Shown here: positions 49,801 to 58,034 of the stretch, piece after piece
Position numbering within the stretch: position 1 is the first letter of the stretch
How the letters are laid out: every line of letters begins with the position of its first letter
NCBI GenBank assembly: GCA_963676635.1
Contig: OY781105.1
Coordinates: 4,173,138-4,237,137 of the forward strand
From: Bacteroidales bacterium
GTDB taxonomy: Bacteria; Bacteroidota; Bacteroidia; Bacteroidales; F082
DNA length: 64,000 nt
Direction: 5' to 3'
Position numbers and translations under genes: made by a program
The notes under the pieces: generated by a model
What the model saw: only the letters and a program-made list of their open reading frames with translations
What the model was told of the DNA's origin: nothing
The model's database searches: none

Positions 49801-51009
49801 ATATGTATAAAACGCAAGATTCATATCTTCAACATTCGAATCGTTAAAATATATATCCCCACTTGACTTATGATTAGCAAAGGTTAAAACTAAATGATCC
49901 TCTTGAGGTATAAATAGACCGTCTATTATACGCCTACTTGGAGCAGTAAGAGATTGATGGGTCATCATTGTGCTACCTGCATCAAAAATGTAAAATTTTA
50001 CTGTATATGTAAATGGGTTAGGCTCAGTTCCTGATCCGGGCAGCATATATGGTAGCACTACTATCTTATGCAAACCTGCATTTTTGATAGTAAACATTTT
50101 ACCAATTTTAACTTCTTCGATGTGAGTTGAGTTAATTTCATTTGGGTTGGCCGGATCTGTTGTTAGTTCGTAAAGGTATATATCATCCCCTCTGGCAACG
50201 TAGAAGAGGTCGCTTCCTTCACTCCTGTAAGGCTCAATTTCATTTGCAGTTTTTAAATATCCATCGCCACCATTAGCAATATCAAATCCCCTTTTAAAAT
50301 CTTTGCATTTCAATGTTAAGCTACCATTAATCTCATTTATTTCGTAAATAGCAAAATATGAATCTGTTACAAGGAAGCTCCCCTCCTCATTAGCTATATT
50401 ATCCCTACCACTAAATAATGTGTAAAGCCTATTATTAAGTTCATCGTGCTTTATTATTACTCTACCACTGGATATATTGAAATGATCAATTTCTGCGGGT
50501 CGATCCTTAAGTTTAGTCACTTCGTATGGTGCATCTGTGTTGATACTGATTAGGTTCAAATCGGGTGTTAATGTATAGATAAGAGGGGTAGGGTCATCAC
50601 TTACAACCATCATCTGTCGCGATGGTGAATGGAAACCGTAATTGAAATAGGGAGGTGAATATTTCCCAAAACTCTTAAATGTATTATCTGAATTTGTTGT
50701 AAACTGCTTAGGTTTAAGGTCAATTGTAGTCACATGATACATTTGATTGGTGTAACTGTTTCGTTGGTAAACATATATTTCACTTTGTCCGTGGACAAAT
50801 ATTTTTCCATTTACCTCTACAAAGTCTGCACCAAAACCACCGGTCTCATCAGGCAGGGAAATGTTTTTATCAAATGATGAGTTTTGCGAAAACAATAAAC
50901 TGTGAAGAAAAAACATTATCAATGTTGGTACTACTATTTTTTTGATAGTAAATCTATGTACCAAGGGAATTTTATGGTTTACAAATTTGATACTATGATT
51001 AGTTTTCAT
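46870..51009 (-). CDS. Large secreted protein of unknown function (1379 aa) with T9SS type A sorting domain
   Basis: Signal-like N-terminus and a possible propeller-like repetitive body. C-terminus FSIYPNPAGNSVNIKYS...GVYIVKLAINNNTVNKKLIIQ. Confidence 0.75.
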   Translation of the reverse strand: MKTNHSIKFVNHKIPLVHRFTIKKIVVPTLIMFFLHSLLFSQNSSFDKNISLPDETGGFGADFVEVNGKIFVHGQSEIYVYQRNSYTNQMYHVTTIDLKPKQFTTNSDNTFKSFGKYSPPYFNYGFHSPSRQMMVVSDDPTPLIYTLTPDLNLISINTDAPYEVTKLKDRPAEIDHFNISSGRVIIKHDELNNRLYTLFSGRDNIANEEGSFLVTDSYFAIYEINEINGSLTLKCKDFKRGFDIANGGDGYLKTANEIEPYRSEGSDLFYVARGDDIYLYELTTDPANPNEINSTHIEEVKIGKMFTIKNAGLHKIVVLPYMLPGSGTEPNPFTYTVKFYIFDAGSTMMTHQSLTAPSRRIIDGLFIPQEDHLVLTFANHKSSGDIYFNDSNVEDMNLAFYTYNSSGFSLDTDLNLNTNSYSEDRNSPYYNYPLKLVPGNNGDFYLGSINDWTHVTYNTIPDPAVYEFETIIEKPGSFFGTGAVLSDYNCALSYTLNGLYNSYQDETGIHHTDFKPVGFPAYHSVYNPTNNLIYFYNTISNSNSTIYVYDPLANGGEGALETTIDVEFPIGDIVYNPFQDHLLISANDNTTNLIYRLDSDNNFEPTDIPLSGISYTKQMFVAPNGLLCVFTNTTNSHPSIMFFNASDYQYASAEIADLTNIENILDCHFNASFCYNQYDHKVYATVKNDYILQNPYISQENVCEIPASFGFGLLLSITNSGEVTTLEANLRDPGKVICPELLEPPEDYEGALYILTNNDFYTNNLSYYDCATNTLESAAFTSQIHFNEIVYNQHTNSVFAFSDQTETPPATGEYTHDRIAKFYQIDKTSPSGFNITEIGSYTGQIASFFNNPYNGKIYVHTKFNQDKWGDEPSKLLVYDPTVTGSTFETIDLFVGNGPQITSYYVEYDHYVDELIKFFNYNLTTPTIDPYQNKIYLPNGAHSKVSVVDFEAKELLLLNNNEYDWISIPRLYQQGAPTSPSINSVLSGNIVPQDYQEDSKLLNLPPGYDQYFFSNFDGSEWPTPSEIGGIYSERGYKLDLLYPGTTESQNKYIKMYGDVIPTTTQIPLFERKPNWVGYFIHKEQDVLDALGEVLWYTNSIQGEDWFCFYDGPARNPGNPVPANTGWICDNLVHNIDYGDMIVINTDLLPESYTFSWVQYGTRNAEIEEEITQNFVYSETADYDPIVVLLDTTETIDEIGAFIGDSCVGACIVSSDDTLVGIKAYTDGLTGDCITFQTWTSAKSSQKKIIRKYDVYNRNKGIYETRSIHPAENSSIYKVSFRNESNTEPDYNSELDFSIYPNPAGNSVNIKYSVENNANVNITVYDGTGRFLATLFNCQQTTGLKSFTWGLSVCGKKINKGVYIVKLAINNNTVNKKLIIQ

Positions 51010-51144
51010 GTTGTTAGGGTTTATATTTAATTATTACTGTACGCTAAAAATACGAAATTAATTGTTTGATTTTAAAAACCCTTGATATATCCACATAAAA
51101 CGCCCCCGGATCATGCATTGTGGACATACTCATAAGCTGTTAAC

Positions 51145-51290
51145 GTGACAAGGGGAGAAGGAGAGACGACCCTCCTTCTCAGCCTCAGACTGATTCAGCG
51201 GGCGAAGAGGGACAAAGTTACTAAGTTACCAGGCTATGGAGTTACTTATTGGCAGGGTGTGAAGAGAATAAAGAATGAAAAATAACCGTT
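51145..51290. repeat. Modular short-word repeat block C (reverse orientation)
   Basis: gtgacaagggg, gagggacaaag and gaataaagaatgaaaaataa. A further module, gtcccttcgttcccttaagtc, lies at ~51641-51661 and is shared with block E. Confidence 0.55.
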
Positions 51291-51364
51291 TTCATTTGCT
51301 CATTTACACCTGAGATATAATGGTTAGCGGCACAGCTTTCATTAGTATTTTCATACGTATGAAA

Positions 51365-51538
51365 CTGGATTGTGATAGCTGTCAAATGTGTAATGATTAA
51401 TGGATGAACCACACACTGAGCGTAGTTTCATCCGCCTTGGCGGAAGACATGTGCAACTACGTTCGCCTATCAAAAAAACAATAAGAACAGTTACTAGCAG
51501 AATAATTTTTACAATATTTGGGGGTAGTTGCAAACTAC
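51365..51538 (+). repeat. Structured hairpin element, copy 2
   Basis: Outer stem 51418-51427 / 51455-51464 with one G-T wobble, and inner hairpin tccgccttggcgga at 51431-51444. The tail is gcctatcaaaaaaacaataagaacagttac...acaatatttgggg, followed by a second mini-palindrome, gtagttgcaaactac (51524-51538). Confidence 0.8.
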
Positions 51539-51941
51539 ATATATAGGGGGATTAGGTAGCGATAATAAACCCATCATAAATAGCACGAGTCCCCTAACTC
51601 GTATTTTGCAAAGATGTTAGTATTTATAACTGAATTGGTAGTCCCTTCGTTCCCTTAAGTCTCTCCAGTCCTATTTATAGTCCTTGTTATAGCACGAGTG
51701 GGGGGCTTGAGCAATTGTGGGAAATCTAATTGCGTTTGTTCGCTTTCAATATACTTCCTGACTTCCTCAAACATATATTCTTTCTTACTCATTTTTTTTT
51801 CTGACAAGAGTAAATGTTTTTTTTTGTAGTCGGTTGGATACAGTTATTCGGACGAATACGGACAAACATGTTCAATTAATTTGGTTTTCCAGTATAGAGC
51901 ACATTACACAAACTACTACAAGTTACAATTTTGTGTTTAAT

Positions 51942-53174
51942 CTAGAATCTTGAGTGAATTGTATCTAAACTCGTTTGTATGGTATTTGTTTCAGCTTTAG
52001 GGACACCTGATAATTCAGCATACATTTTCCAATTATCGACAATACGCTCGATCTCATCTATTGTATCTTTCGCTTTATTAACAGATAAAACATCTGCTAA
52101 CTCCAGTAACTCTTTCCTTCCCGGATCAACGTAGTTACCAGCGCAAGCTGTACTATGATATCCTTGAGAAGATGAAGAGAATGTCAAGTCATATGCTGGT
52201 GCAAGAGACCACGTTCCTTCAGAATCCATAAGAAACGCAAAGTTTTTAGAATGATCATCACGGTTATGGGCTAAGACGTTAAAAACAGCTCTGCGAAACA
52301 TTTGATGAGCTGCCTGTGCGTTATTTGTTAGCTTCTTTGCTTGATATATTAGATTACCATAATCAAGGGTGCTATGCTCATAGTCATCGTGAAGTAGCCC
52401 TGCAACTGAGAGCATATGCAACTTGTTATTCCCAACACGATCAAATCGCTTGGTTCCAAAATATTTATTCCCAGTTTCACTTTTAAACACCCTACACTCG
52501 GACATTTCAATCCCTGAATCTAAGGCCATTTTATAAAAGGCTAGTTCAATATTAGCTATGTCTTTCAAATCTACATCTGTTGCAAATTTAATAATCCAAT
52601 GTTCATATCCTTCCGGAAGATTAGTGATGCCACTAATGAGTGAATCAGTTTTCGAATTATATCCGGCATAAATTTTTGGACGAGCTCCACCAGGACTTCC
52701 ACCTCTTCCAAACATCTGATCAATTACGACACTACTCTCTCCTTTAATTATTTTAGAAATATTGTTATTTAGTACATCCAGATTAATTTCTATTGCCTCC
52801 TGCTCTAATTCAACACCCGGTTTGTACTGTAGAGCTCCCATACTATTCTTCCCCGCAAGTGTTAAATGATCCAGGGCATTTAGAGATTCAATAGCAATTC
52901 GGTTGGCACTTAGCTGTTTTCTGATTAGTAAATATCCCCAAGCATCCGGTAAAGAGTCAGCAAACACGCCAAAAAGGCCATTGAATGGGTTTTTATTAGC
53001 CGTTTGTGGGTTATCATCAAACATTAACATATTAGGTGATAGATTTGTCCCTGATTTTAAATAATCATCACTATATTTAAAAAGGATATCCCGACCATCA
53101 AGAATTAACTGGCCAACAAGTTTATCTTCAGAAAAATGTATATACACATTGAGTTTAGTTGTCGCCATAATCAA
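51942..53174 (-). CDS. hipA: Type II toxin HipA-family serine/threonine kinase
   Basis: 410 aa with GGSPGGARPK and the NRDDHSKNFAF catalytic-loop motif. It overlaps the upstream HTH gene by 4 bp. Confidence 0.85.
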   Translation of the reverse strand: MIMATTKLNVYIHFSEDKLVGQLILDGRDILFKYSDDYLKSGTNLSPNMLMFDDNPQTANKNPFNGLFGVFADSLPDAWGYLLIRKQLSANRIAIESLNALDHLTLAGKNSMGALQYKPGVELEQEAIEINLDVLNNNISKIIKGESSVVIDQMFGRGGSPGGARPKIYAGYNSKTDSLISGITNLPEGYEHWIIKFATDVDLKDIANIELAFYKMALDSGIEMSECRVFKSETGNKYFGTKRFDRVGNNKLHMLSVAGLLHDDYEHSTLDYGNLIYQAKKLTNNAQAAHQMFRRAVFNVLAHNRDDHSKNFAFLMDSEGTWSLAPAYDLTFSSSSQGYHSTACAGNYVDPGRKELLELADVLSVNKAKDTIDEIERIVDNWKMYAELSGVPKAETNTIQTSLDTIHSRF

Positions 53175-53446
53175 TAATTAAATAAATCTTTTTTCCGTTT
53201 CAGATCATCAATAAGTAAAATAGATTCGAAATCATTCAAGCGATTAAGAGCTTCGCTTATTTTTAAAAGTGATTCAAGAGAAATAATACCTGTTGATTCA
53301 AATTTACGAACAGTAGCGTAAGCTACTCCAGATCTCTCCGACAATTCCCTCTGAGACATCTTCTTCTGTTTCCTTAAGGCAATGATTTTTTTTGATAAAA
53401 GAATCATTATTTCTTTAGGTGAATTTTGATCTCCGTACATTCCCAT
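53171..53446 (-). CDS. hipB: XRE-family HTH antitoxin (HipB-like)
   Basis: 91 aa with LRKQKKMSQRELSERSGVAYATVRKFE (HTH_XRE), translationally coupled to hipA. Confidence 0.75.
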   Translation of the reverse strand: MGMYGDQNSPKEIMILLSKKIIALRKQKKMSQRELSERSGVAYATVRKFESTGIISLESLLKISEALNRLNDFESILLIDDLKRKKDLFNY

Positions 53447-53496
53447 GTCTGCATTTATTTTTACAACACAAAGATAGAAAATTTACTACCCTAAAT

Positions 53497-53551
53497 GCTA
53501 CTATAGTGGCAAAATATTCTATAATAAATGGAAATATGTTACTATAATAGC
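53497..53551 (-). promoter_or_regulatory. Two GYTACTATARTRGC imperfect palindromes upstream of hipB (candidate operators), plus a TATCTTTG -7 box at 53469-53476
   Basis: gctactatagtggc (53497-53510) and gttactataatagc (53538-53551), 41 bp apart. The minus-strand TATCTTTG lies ~20 nt before the ATG. Confidence 0.35.
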
Positions 53552-53773
53552 AATTTTGAGGAGGTATCCTAATTATTAATAGGAGAATGTCTAAACAAAT
53601 CCAACAGGAAAGACAAAGATGTCTCCTTGATCCAATCTGATACATATTCAAGCCGAAAAGAGGTTGATTTATGATAATTACATTATCACTTCTTCGACAA
53701 TTTTCATACTGTTTTCTAGATAAATTCAACTTTAAAATTCACTACACCTAGTGGGGAGACCTCCTCCATCTGG

Positions 53774-54019
53774 GTGTAGATTGATTGCAATAGATTGAAT
53801 GTAAGGTACGAGAGCTAAAATGAGATAAACCCACTGAGCGTAGTTTCATCCGCCTAGGCGGCGGACAGGTGCAACTGCGCTCGCCTATCAAAAAAACAAT
53901 TAGAACAGTTATTATGCAGAATTGTGTTTACGATATTTGGGGGAATTTCAAATTAGACCCGGAGGGGGGATAGTCATTCAATAAAACAATCAACCCCCTT
54001 AATAAGTGCATTGAAAACT
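53774..54019 (+). repeat. Structured hairpin element, copy 3 (full length)
   Basis: Left arm gtgtagattgattgcaatagattgaatgtaaggtacgagagctaaaatgagataaaccc. Hairpin 53836-53882 with one T-G wobble. Tail ...cattcaataaaacaatcaacccccttaataagtgcattgaaaac. The right end coincides with the hsdM truncation point. Confidence 0.8.
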
Positions 54020-54589
54020 GTGATGTAGCTCAACATGGACTCCTGCTTTTTTTTCCGAACCTGAGGCAAACTGACCAATCAAATATTCATACGTATCTCC
54101 AAGGGTATCGGTGTCAGTGGAAAAATCAGCAATTCCTTCGGCAATTTTTTGAATGATGGTGCAAAGCTTTTTGTTTCGGTCGGTTGGTGTTTTTCCAAGT
54201 TTCTCAGAGTTTAAGTTAATTTCTGAAAACAAACCATGAAAGGAATTATCAAAGGATTCGGTTTCGATGTATTTATAACTCTCCACCAAAGTTTCCAGCA
54301 ATTCGCAGTCCTGGGTACTGGCAAGCTCGGCGATGTTGTTCCACAAGAATTCCGGTTTGATTACATAATGTACCTTTCGGCGCATTTGTTTCTCAAATTC
54401 AACAACATCATCCGGTTAATCTCCACCTAATTCCTTCTTGGCCGATTCCTCATAATTGGCAGATAAACACCTTAAAAAAAGAAACGAAAGCATATAATCA
54501 CGGAAACCATCAGCATTCATTGCCCCACGAAGCTGGTCTGCTATTGCCCAAAGGGTTTTACTTAATTTATGTTGTTCTATTTGTGTCAT
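53999..54589 (-). pseudogene. hsdM: Type I restriction-modification methylase subunit HsdM, N-terminal fragment (frameshifted and 3'-truncated)
   Basis: MTQIEQHKLSKTLWAIADQLRGAMNADGFRDYMLSFLFL... (start 54589), a frameshift near 54390-54420, then ...LGDTYEYLIGQFASGSEKKAG followed by unrelated sequence from ~54040. No AdoMet-binding or catalytic NPPF region, and no hsdS or hsdR. Confidence 0.8.
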
Positions 54590-54611
54590 ACTGTATTCTT
54601 TTTTGTCTGAA

Positions 54612-55031
54612 TCAGGATTTTCCTGATTTAAGGATTTCCTGATTACTTTGTTTGGTGTATTTGGGGTTGTATATTTTTTTAAACTGTAAACTTTTGCCAC
54701 CAAAATTGATTAGCAAGCCAATAGGCTTATCGTAGGCCACAACATAGTTTTTAGCTTGCGTCAGGTGCACATCTTCTAAGTTGATGAGTGCTTTTAGTTC
54801 GACAATTACCAAATCTTCCACCACAAAATCAGCGCGTCTTGTGCCTACTTCAATATCTTCATAGTAAATGGCATGTTCTTGTTCTCTGGCAAAAGAAATA
54901 CCTGCATGCTCCAATTCAATAGCCAAACATCTCTGGTAAATGACTTCCTGAAATCCATTGCCCAGAGTATTATGCACTTTCATTGCACAACCATTTATTT
55001 TGTATGTCAGTTCATCTAAGGTCATAAACAA
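54612..55031 (-). CDS. GxxExxY family protein (PD-(D/E)xK-like), copy 1
   Basis: 139 aa with the family-typical pattern LTYKINGCAMKVHNTLGNGFQEVIYQRCLAIEL...ADFVVEDLVIVELKA. Confidence 0.8.
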   Translation of the reverse strand: MFMTLDELTYKINGCAMKVHNTLGNGFQEVIYQRCLAIELEHAGISFAREQEHAIYYEDIEVGTRRADFVVEDLVIVELKALINLEDVHLTQAKNYVVAYDKPIGLLINFGGKSLQFKKIYNPKYTKQSNQEILKSGKS

Positions 55032-55142
55032 TTATTTTTTTCCATCCTGTTAATATAAAATCTTGTACATCTTACTATCCTGTACACTATTATTTTTTCA
55101 AATCCTGTTCATCCTGTCATCCTGTATTCTTTTTTGTCTGAA

Positions 55143-55562
55143 TCAGGATTTTCCTGATTTAAGGATTTCCTGATTACTTTGTTTGGTGTATTTGGGGTTG
55201 TATATTTTTTTAAACTGTAAACTTTTGCCACCAAAATTGATTAGCAAGCCAATAGGCTTATCGTAGGCCACAACATAGTTTTTAGCTTGCGTCAGGTGCA
55301 CATCTTCTAAGTTGATGAGTGCTTTTAGTTCGACAATTACCAAATCTTCCACCACAAAATCAGCGCGTCTTGTGCCTACTTCAATATCTTCATAGTAAAT
55401 GGCATGTTCTTGTTCTCTGGCAAAAGAAATACCTGCATGCTCCAATTCAATAGCCAAACATCTCTGGTAAATGACTTCCTGAAATCCATTGCCCAGGGTA
55501 TTATGTACTTTCATTGCACAACCATTTATTTTGTATGTCAGTTCATCTAAGGTCATAAACAA
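55143..55562 (-). CDS. GxxExxY family protein, copy 2 (identical protein)
   Basis: The translation is identical to copy 1. Confidence 0.8.
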   Translation of the reverse strand: MFMTLDELTYKINGCAMKVHNTLGNGFQEVIYQRCLAIELEHAGISFAREQEHAIYYEDIEVGTRRADFVVEDLVIVELKALINLEDVHLTQAKNYVVAYDKPIGLLINFGGKSLQFKKIYNPKYTKQSNQEILKSGKS

Positions 55563-55687
55563 TTATTTTTTTCCATCCTGTTAATATAAAATCTTGTACA
55601 TCTTACTATCCTGTACACTATTATTTTTTCAAATCCTGTTCATCTTGTCATCCTGTAAATCCTGATTCAGACAATTTTTTCATTAAC

Positions 55688-55840
55688 CCCCACTGAGCGT
55701 AGTTTCATCCGCCGTGGAGGCGGATACGTGCAACTACGCTCGCCTATCAGAATAGTTATTATGCAGAATTTTATTTACAGTATTTGGATGTAGTTTCATT
55801 CAATAAAACAAGCAAATCCCTTAATAAGTGCATAGAATAC
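55688..55840 (+). repeat. Structured hairpin element, copy 4 (left arm missing, A-run shortened)
   Basis: Perfect outer stem 55695-55704 / 55732-55741 and inner hairpin tccgcc-gtgga-ggcgga at 55708-55724. The tail ...tttcattcaataaaacaagcaaatcccttaataagtgcatagaatac matches copy 3. Confidence 0.8.
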
Positions 55841-55896
55841 GGGGACGCTGGGTTTTGCAAACCGCTCAGATTACTATTTATTGTGCACTGGCTTTT

Positions 55897-56382
55897 TTAC
55901 CAATTCAACTTTCCTTTCTTCCAAAATATGAATGCCATAATATTCATTAACACACATAATCCAATGATTACGAAACCAAGCTGTTTTTGAAATCCGTTTC
56001 TAACAAAGTATGCTTGTTCTTCCTTGTCTATAAATTGTATATACCTATTTAGTCCACTATTTTTAGTGTCTGATGTTTCGTAATAGTATACATCAATTTT
56101 GTCACCAACATTTAAGTCGTCTATCCTTTTATCTGTTGGTTCACTATTTGGTTCATAGATTTCAAAAAGATAAGGATAAGTGTCTACTTTTAAATATCTA
56201 TAATCACCTTTATTTCGAATTGGAAAATTTTGAAATTTCTTTTCTAAATACTCAATTGTTCCGGTTGATTTGTCATATTCTGATTTCTCTTTGGAATTAT
56301 TTACAATCACAAATATTCCAAGTCCAAGTACTATAATTGAAGTAAAAATTACTCCACGAACACTTATTATTATTGGTATCAT
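55897..56382 (-). CDS. Hypothetical membrane protein (two predicted TM helices flanking a soluble domain; DUF3592-like topology)
   Basis: 161 aa with an N-terminal TM (VIFTSIIVLGLGIFVIV) and a C-terminal TM (LGFVIIGLCVLMNIMAFIFW). No catalytic motif was recognised. Confidence 0.5.
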   Translation of the reverse strand: MIPIIISVRGVIFTSIIVLGLGIFVIVNNSKEKSEYDKSTGTIEYLEKKFQNFPIRNKGDYRYLKVDTYPYLFEIYEPNSEPTDKRIDDLNVGDKIDVYYYETSDTKNSGLNRYIQFIDKEEQAYFVRNGFQKQLGFVIIGLCVLMNIMAFIFWKKGKLNW

Positions 56383-56490
56383 ATTTCTCTTTTTCTAGCT
56401 TTTGCACAACGGTTTGGCAATTCGTAGTGCGGGATTTATAGGTGCTTTACTTTTTTTTTACTACAAAATTTATATACTTTGATAATCTCT

Positions 56491-57534
56491 CTATTTATCA
56501 ATATCACCTGCATTACGTAAAGCTATTGTTAGCATTTGTTTTAATTCTTTTGATGTTGGAACTTTTCCTTTGAGTTTCTCTGGTATTCTATGTGTCAATT
56601 TATATTCTGATACTCCAATTGGTTTATTACTGGTTCTCAAAGCGTATTCGACTTCAAGGTTATCTTTTACAGGACACAAGATTATTCCGATTGAGGGATT
56701 GTCATCAACTTGCTTTTCCTGTTCGTCAAGAAGTTCGAGGTAGAAATTCATTTTGCCGGCAAATTCAGGTTCAAATTCAACCGTTTTTAATTCAATGGCA
56801 ATTAAGCATTTCAATATACGGTGATAGAATAACAAATCAATAAAATACTCCTTTTGATTAAGCTTTAATCTATATTGATTTCCAATAAGACTAAATCCGT
56901 AACCGAGTTCTAAAAGCAGGTCTCTTATATTTTCAATAAGTTTATTTTCTAATTCTTTTTCTAAAACAGGTTTTGTAATTCCGAGAGAATCAAGATTGTA
57001 TTCACTCTTTAGGGCTTCGTTAGCTTGTTATGAAAGATGTACAGGAAGAGCTTTATCAAAATTGCTTGTTTTTTCGTTTGTCAACTGATGTTGATAAGCA
57101 ATTGCTTTAATCTGATTAAGTAACACTGCTCTACTCCAGCCTAATTGGTCGGTTGCTTGTAAATAATACTTCCGTTCTTTATTGTCTTTCAGTTGTTGAA
57201 TAATAAGCATATTCTGTCCCCATGGAATTTTCATTGCCCTCTCTAAAAGTTCAGGCTCATTTTTATATTCCAGATAAAACTGTCTCATTCTCCATAAATT
57301 CTGAGGTGAATATCCTTTAGCTCCATCCATTTGTTTATTTATGTCTTTCGACAAAGTGTTAACAATAGATTGTCACCACTTATTCTTATCCTGATTTTCT
57401 ACGATTATTCTGCCAATTTCAAAATTATGTCCTATATGATACTTATTCAAAGACTTGAAAGCTTGGTATCTTGCTGAGTTAATCGTGTCGATTATTTCAC
57501 TAAAAAAATTGTTGTATGCTGATAATTTATTCAT
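56491..57534 (-). pseudogene. DUF1016 / YhcG-like PD-(D/E)xK nuclease gene, disrupted by a stop and frameshifts
   Basis: There are three in-order fragments. They are MNKLSAYNNFFSEIIDTINSARYQAFKSLNKYHIGHNFEIGRIIVENQDKNKW* (57534 downward), the 57354-57028 fragment (..PQNLWRMRQFYLEY..GWSRAVLLNQI..) and the 56835-56491 fragment (..LIAIELKTVEFEPEFAGKMNFYLELLDE..). Confidence 0.75.
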
Positions 57535-57551
57535 GTTCAAATTTATTCAAA

Positions 57552-57609
57552 ATCTCTCACAATTGTGATAGAGATTTAAAATTCAATTCTCTCACAGCTG
57601 CGATAGAAT
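57552..57609. promoter_or_regulatory. Two 24-bp direct repeats, each an internal palindrome (TCACAATTGTGA / TCACAGCTGCGA)
   Basis: atctctcacaattgtgatagagat (57552-57575) and attctctcacagctgcgatagaat (57586-57609). They lie 20-75 bp upstream of the yhcG-like start and adjacent to the IS110 left side. Confidence 0.4.
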
Positions 57610-57649
57610 TGGGATCTAGCCTTTTTAAATAAATGCTAATGGTCACTTG

Positions 57650-57830
57650 TAAGTTGTCGTTGCGGATTTCGGAGCTCGTTCCTGTCCGGCAGTACGGAAC
57701 GATGTTGCGAGAATCCAGTGTACGACACACCACTGACCCCGTAATGCAATTTACAATTTTTTAGCGTTTCGTGCTTTATTTTTTCAGTCAATGCGGTGGG
57801 TAAAGCAGGCTCTTATACAGGTTTTGGTTG
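57650..57830 (+). ncRNA. Candidate IS110 bridge (guide) RNA in the 5' non-coding end
   Basis: A locally GC-rich patch in AT-rich surroundings has nested pairings: gtcgt...acgac, ggatt...aatcc and cgttcc-tgtccggcagta-ggaacg. Further downstream are ggtggg...cccacc and ggatt-aa-aatcc. The position matches where IS110-group elements encode their bridge RNA. Confidence 0.3.
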
Positions 57831-58034
57831 AGTGTTGGCTTGTGCGACCTGTAAATGTGCCTGATTGTGCTTAGGATTAAAATCCCGGATATTTTTCCCA
57901 CCACTCATCATTTGTATTGAAAGAGTCTCCTTTAAACTTAACATATAGGCCGTATGTTTGTAAAATAATAAGCTTCTACACATTTTAGTTAATTTTATAG
58001 TGACAAACAATTAATAACTAAAATATAGAAGCTT

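Larger units (their letters stand above)
54586..55647. repeat. Tandem duplication, 2 x 531 bp, each unit carrying one GxxExxY gene
   Basis: Units start at 54586 and 55117. Only a couple of synonymous differences were seen (for example 54966/55497 and 54975/55506). Confidence 0.9.

Noticed and set aside
51658-51792. A 45-codon minus-strand ORF (MSKKEYMFEEVRKYIESEQTQLDF...) that reminded me of the N-terminus of IS66-type accessory proteins.
   Set aside because: The resemblance rests on ~20 residues recalled from memory. The ORF ends in repeat-module sequence, so it is at most a remnant and is not reported as a feature.
53415-53729. 104-aa ORF overlapping the hipB start and promoter region.
   Set aside because: Cys- and Ile-rich low-complexity translation with no motif. 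It overlaps the better-supported hipB start and operator region.
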